From contig CM076001.1 of the NCBI GenBank assembly GCA_038087875.1, forward strand, positions 1,550,001 through 1,614,000: DNA of 64,000 bases, written 5' to 3'. Positions 61,409 through 64,000 of the stretch are shown here, one piece after another (position 1 is the stretch's first letter; each line of letters begins with the position of its first letter). A model generated the notes under the pieces. That model worked only from the letters and a program-made list of their open reading frames with translations, ran no database searches and was not told where the DNA came from. The DNA is from Malacoraja senta. Lineage: Eukaryota. Both the position numbers and the translations under genes were made by a program.

Positions 61409-64000
61409 TAGTTAAAATAATATCACAACAACGCGTGCGTGGCTTTGTGATAGAATTTATGTGAAAATACAACCATTAAATTTGTTGATATTTTACCCCC
61501 AGCTCCATTGTAAATTCATGGGCTCAATTTACTCCGACCTGATCTACGCATTCCCAGGTGATCAGTTGAATCTATCAACTGTTTTATCACGAATATGTTT
61601 TCATAGCGCCGGAACATATTATGTTCGAAACGAGTGTGGAAAGACGAGTTGTCAGTTAAATGCGTGCAAGTTGTATTTTTTATTCCCTTTCACCATTTGA
61701 AAAACGTCTGATTGTTCATTATCGGGGCCTTTAATTTAAAGAGAATCTGCCGTTTTTGCAGCGGATGACCTGGATTGTGTGAAGTTCCAAACAGGCAGCG
61801 TGTTGTAAATACCTTCTAAGTGCGGAAAGTGTCTATCGAAAGTAAAGGTACAGATGAGGTATGCCGGAAAGCAAACAAGTCAAATGTAACAACTCAATCT
61901 TCGCCTTGGGTAACACGATCTCCCGCCTGCAAACATTTAAACTCCATTTCTCATTCCTATATAAACCTTTCTGCACTGTTCCTCCTCAACGGTTAGAATG
62001 AGGCCACACACAAATTGGAGGAGCAGCACCTTATATTTCGCTTGTGCAACTTACAATCCGGCGGTATGAACTTTGAATGCTCGCATTCCAAATAATCCCC
62101 GGAGTCTCTCAATTTCTCTCCCTCTCTCCCCGAACCTAGCCATCATACTAGTTGTACTGCTCGCATGTTTATATTCGTTCGGTATCACCTCTCCCCCAGC
62201 CAACAATGGGCGATTATGGCCTCCATTCTTCCTTGGCCACCTCTATTGTTCTGGCCTTTACTGACATCCAGTGCCCTCCGCTGTATGTTCAGGCGGAAGA
62301 AGTGGCCCCGACCAGAAACATAATTTATCCCTTTTATCGAGAGATGCTACCTTCCCCGCCGAATCACTCCATCAGTGTGCGTCATTCTTCGCTATAAATC
62401 GGCATCTACAATTTCTTTCTACGCCACCCCTTCTGGCTGCTCCTTCCATAAACCCAATGAAATATTTCGGCATTTGGTTGCAACGGACATCCAGTTAATG
62501 ATTGGGGAATTATAAACGGGAACGAAAACCAAGTTGGCAAAATAATTTGTACCTAAAATTCCCGAGATAATTTAAAAACTGCACAGGTTCCAATTGATTA
62601 AGAAAGAACTGCTGGAAAAATCGACTGTGGCAAAAATGATGGAGAAACTCAGCTGGTTAGGCAGCATCTGTGGAGCGAAGGAACAGGTGACGTTTCGGGT
62701 CAAGACCCTTTTTGGACTGATGTGGGGTTGGGGCGGGGTGGGTGGTGGGGGGGGCGGAAACCCGAAAGGTCACCTGTTTCTTCGCTGAATTGATGCTGCC
62801 TCGCCCGCTGAGTTTCTCCAGCATTTTTTTATCTATCTTCGATTTTTCCAGCATCTGCCCGTTTCCGCGCTAAACTAAACTAAACTAAACTAAACTAAAC
62901 TAAACTAAACTAAACTGAACTGAACTAAATTAAACTAAACTAAACTAAACTAAACAAAGGTAAACTTGGTGTTGAGCCCATTGGTTGGCCATCGTACATT
63001 GTTCCTCGTTGATGAATGGTAGATGAATGGTAGAACATCAGCTGTGGATGTCTCGCCAACAGTCTGTTGGGACTTTAATATCGCGGACCCTGCCATCCGT
63101 TTGTCGGGGATCCAATTTCCAACTTCAGGGCCTGTGGACTTTAACATCGTGTAGCCCGCGGTCTCTGGTAAGAAGAAGCCCGACTCGGGAGCTTCATGCC
63201 GCGGGGAGAGTTTTAACCGCTCCGACACGGGAGTATCGATCAGCACGATGGAGGATTCGATCGTCGGCTGCGGGGGCTTTGTTCGCCCCGACCTGCGAAT
63301 GGTTTGACTGCCCCGACCGTGGGAGAAGAAGAGGAAGCAGATTAAACTTTACTGCCTTCCATCACAGTGATGAATATGAAATCAACTGTGGTGTATGTAC
63401 ATGTTAACTTTTATCTGGTTTTGTGCCTTGTGACTTTTCACTTAGTATGGCTGTATGGTAACTCAAATTTCACTGTACCCTAACTGGTACATGTGACAAT
63501 AAACTGACCTTGAAACCTGGAAAACGTCAATATCATGTGAATGTGGGGAGAATAAATTTGGGTTATCAAAATATGCGAATTTGTTAGTCAGCGTGTGCGC
63601 GTGTGTGCGCGTGTCTGTGTGTGTGTAATTTAACTCCAACTTCATCACCAAAATTGTTGCTCCTTTAATCCGGTGTAATTTGCGTTAATTTGCGATTGGC
63701 CTATAAAGCAATACAAGAAGGTGATCCGCATCCGCAATGCACTGACAATTTCTATTGGAAAATTCGTGGGCCGAGACAGAGTCTCCTGTGAAATGTTTAC
63801 ACATATTTCACTATCTCCTGCATCGTGGGGACAGTTAAATCTCTTACAATATCTGTTAAGGTGGTTTCTCAAATATATTAAGATAAAAATTAACTAGCTG
63901 AATGAAGGACCAGATGACATAGATTTTAATTGAAGCGGAATGGATTGAATAGAAACCTGAGGGGTAACTTTTTAACATAAAGGGTAGTGAGTGTATGGAA

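Larger units (their letters stand above)
46762..64000 (+). repeat. ~17-kb direct segmental duplicate of 18472-35355
   Basis: Colinear matches cover the leader, LINE, CTCF-motif, Penelope and GPCR sequences (offset ~28.3-28.7 kb), with scattered substitutions and indels. The match runs to the window end. Confidence 0.93.

Noticed and set aside
1-64000. Prokaryotic systems (CRISPR arrays, rRNA, operons) or C-region/IgH V exons
   Set aside because: None seen. The DNA is intron-containing vertebrate sequence, the repeats are microsatellites or retroelements, and no C-domain exon or IgH-type V was found by eye.

Overview
Cartilaginous-fish genomic DNA containing part of the V region of the TCR alpha/delta locus, with all antigen-receptor segments on the minus strand. 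A skate/ray origin is inferred only from the SINE/LINE repertoire. The main element is a complete, apparently functional, unrearranged NAR-TCR cassette at 39838-44764: leader + IgNAR-like V (22-bp RSS), one D (12/12 RSS), an IgNAR-like J (23-bp RSS) with a splice donor, and, after a 3.26-kb intron, a leaderless supporting Vdelta with a CDR1 cysteine and its own 23-bp RSS. There are also three intact leader + V + 23-RSS TCR Vdelta/Valpha genes (1508-3031, 6946-8512, 18080-19471) and one orphan leader whose V exon has been deleted (47898-47934). Two copies of a two-exon GPR139/142-like GPCR lie on the opposite strand among the V genes; one is intact and one is frameshifted. The region was shaped by a 6.4-kb tandem duplication and a ~17-kb segmental duplication. 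Mobile elements include a full-length but defective DIRS tyrosine-recombinase retrotransposon whose empty site and AAT crossover core are both visible in the window, Penelope-like elements with hammerhead-like motifs, a Tx1-like element, and many CR1-type LINE/SINE fragments. There is a 160-N assembly gap at 39527-39686. All coordinates were counted by hand and no database searches were run.
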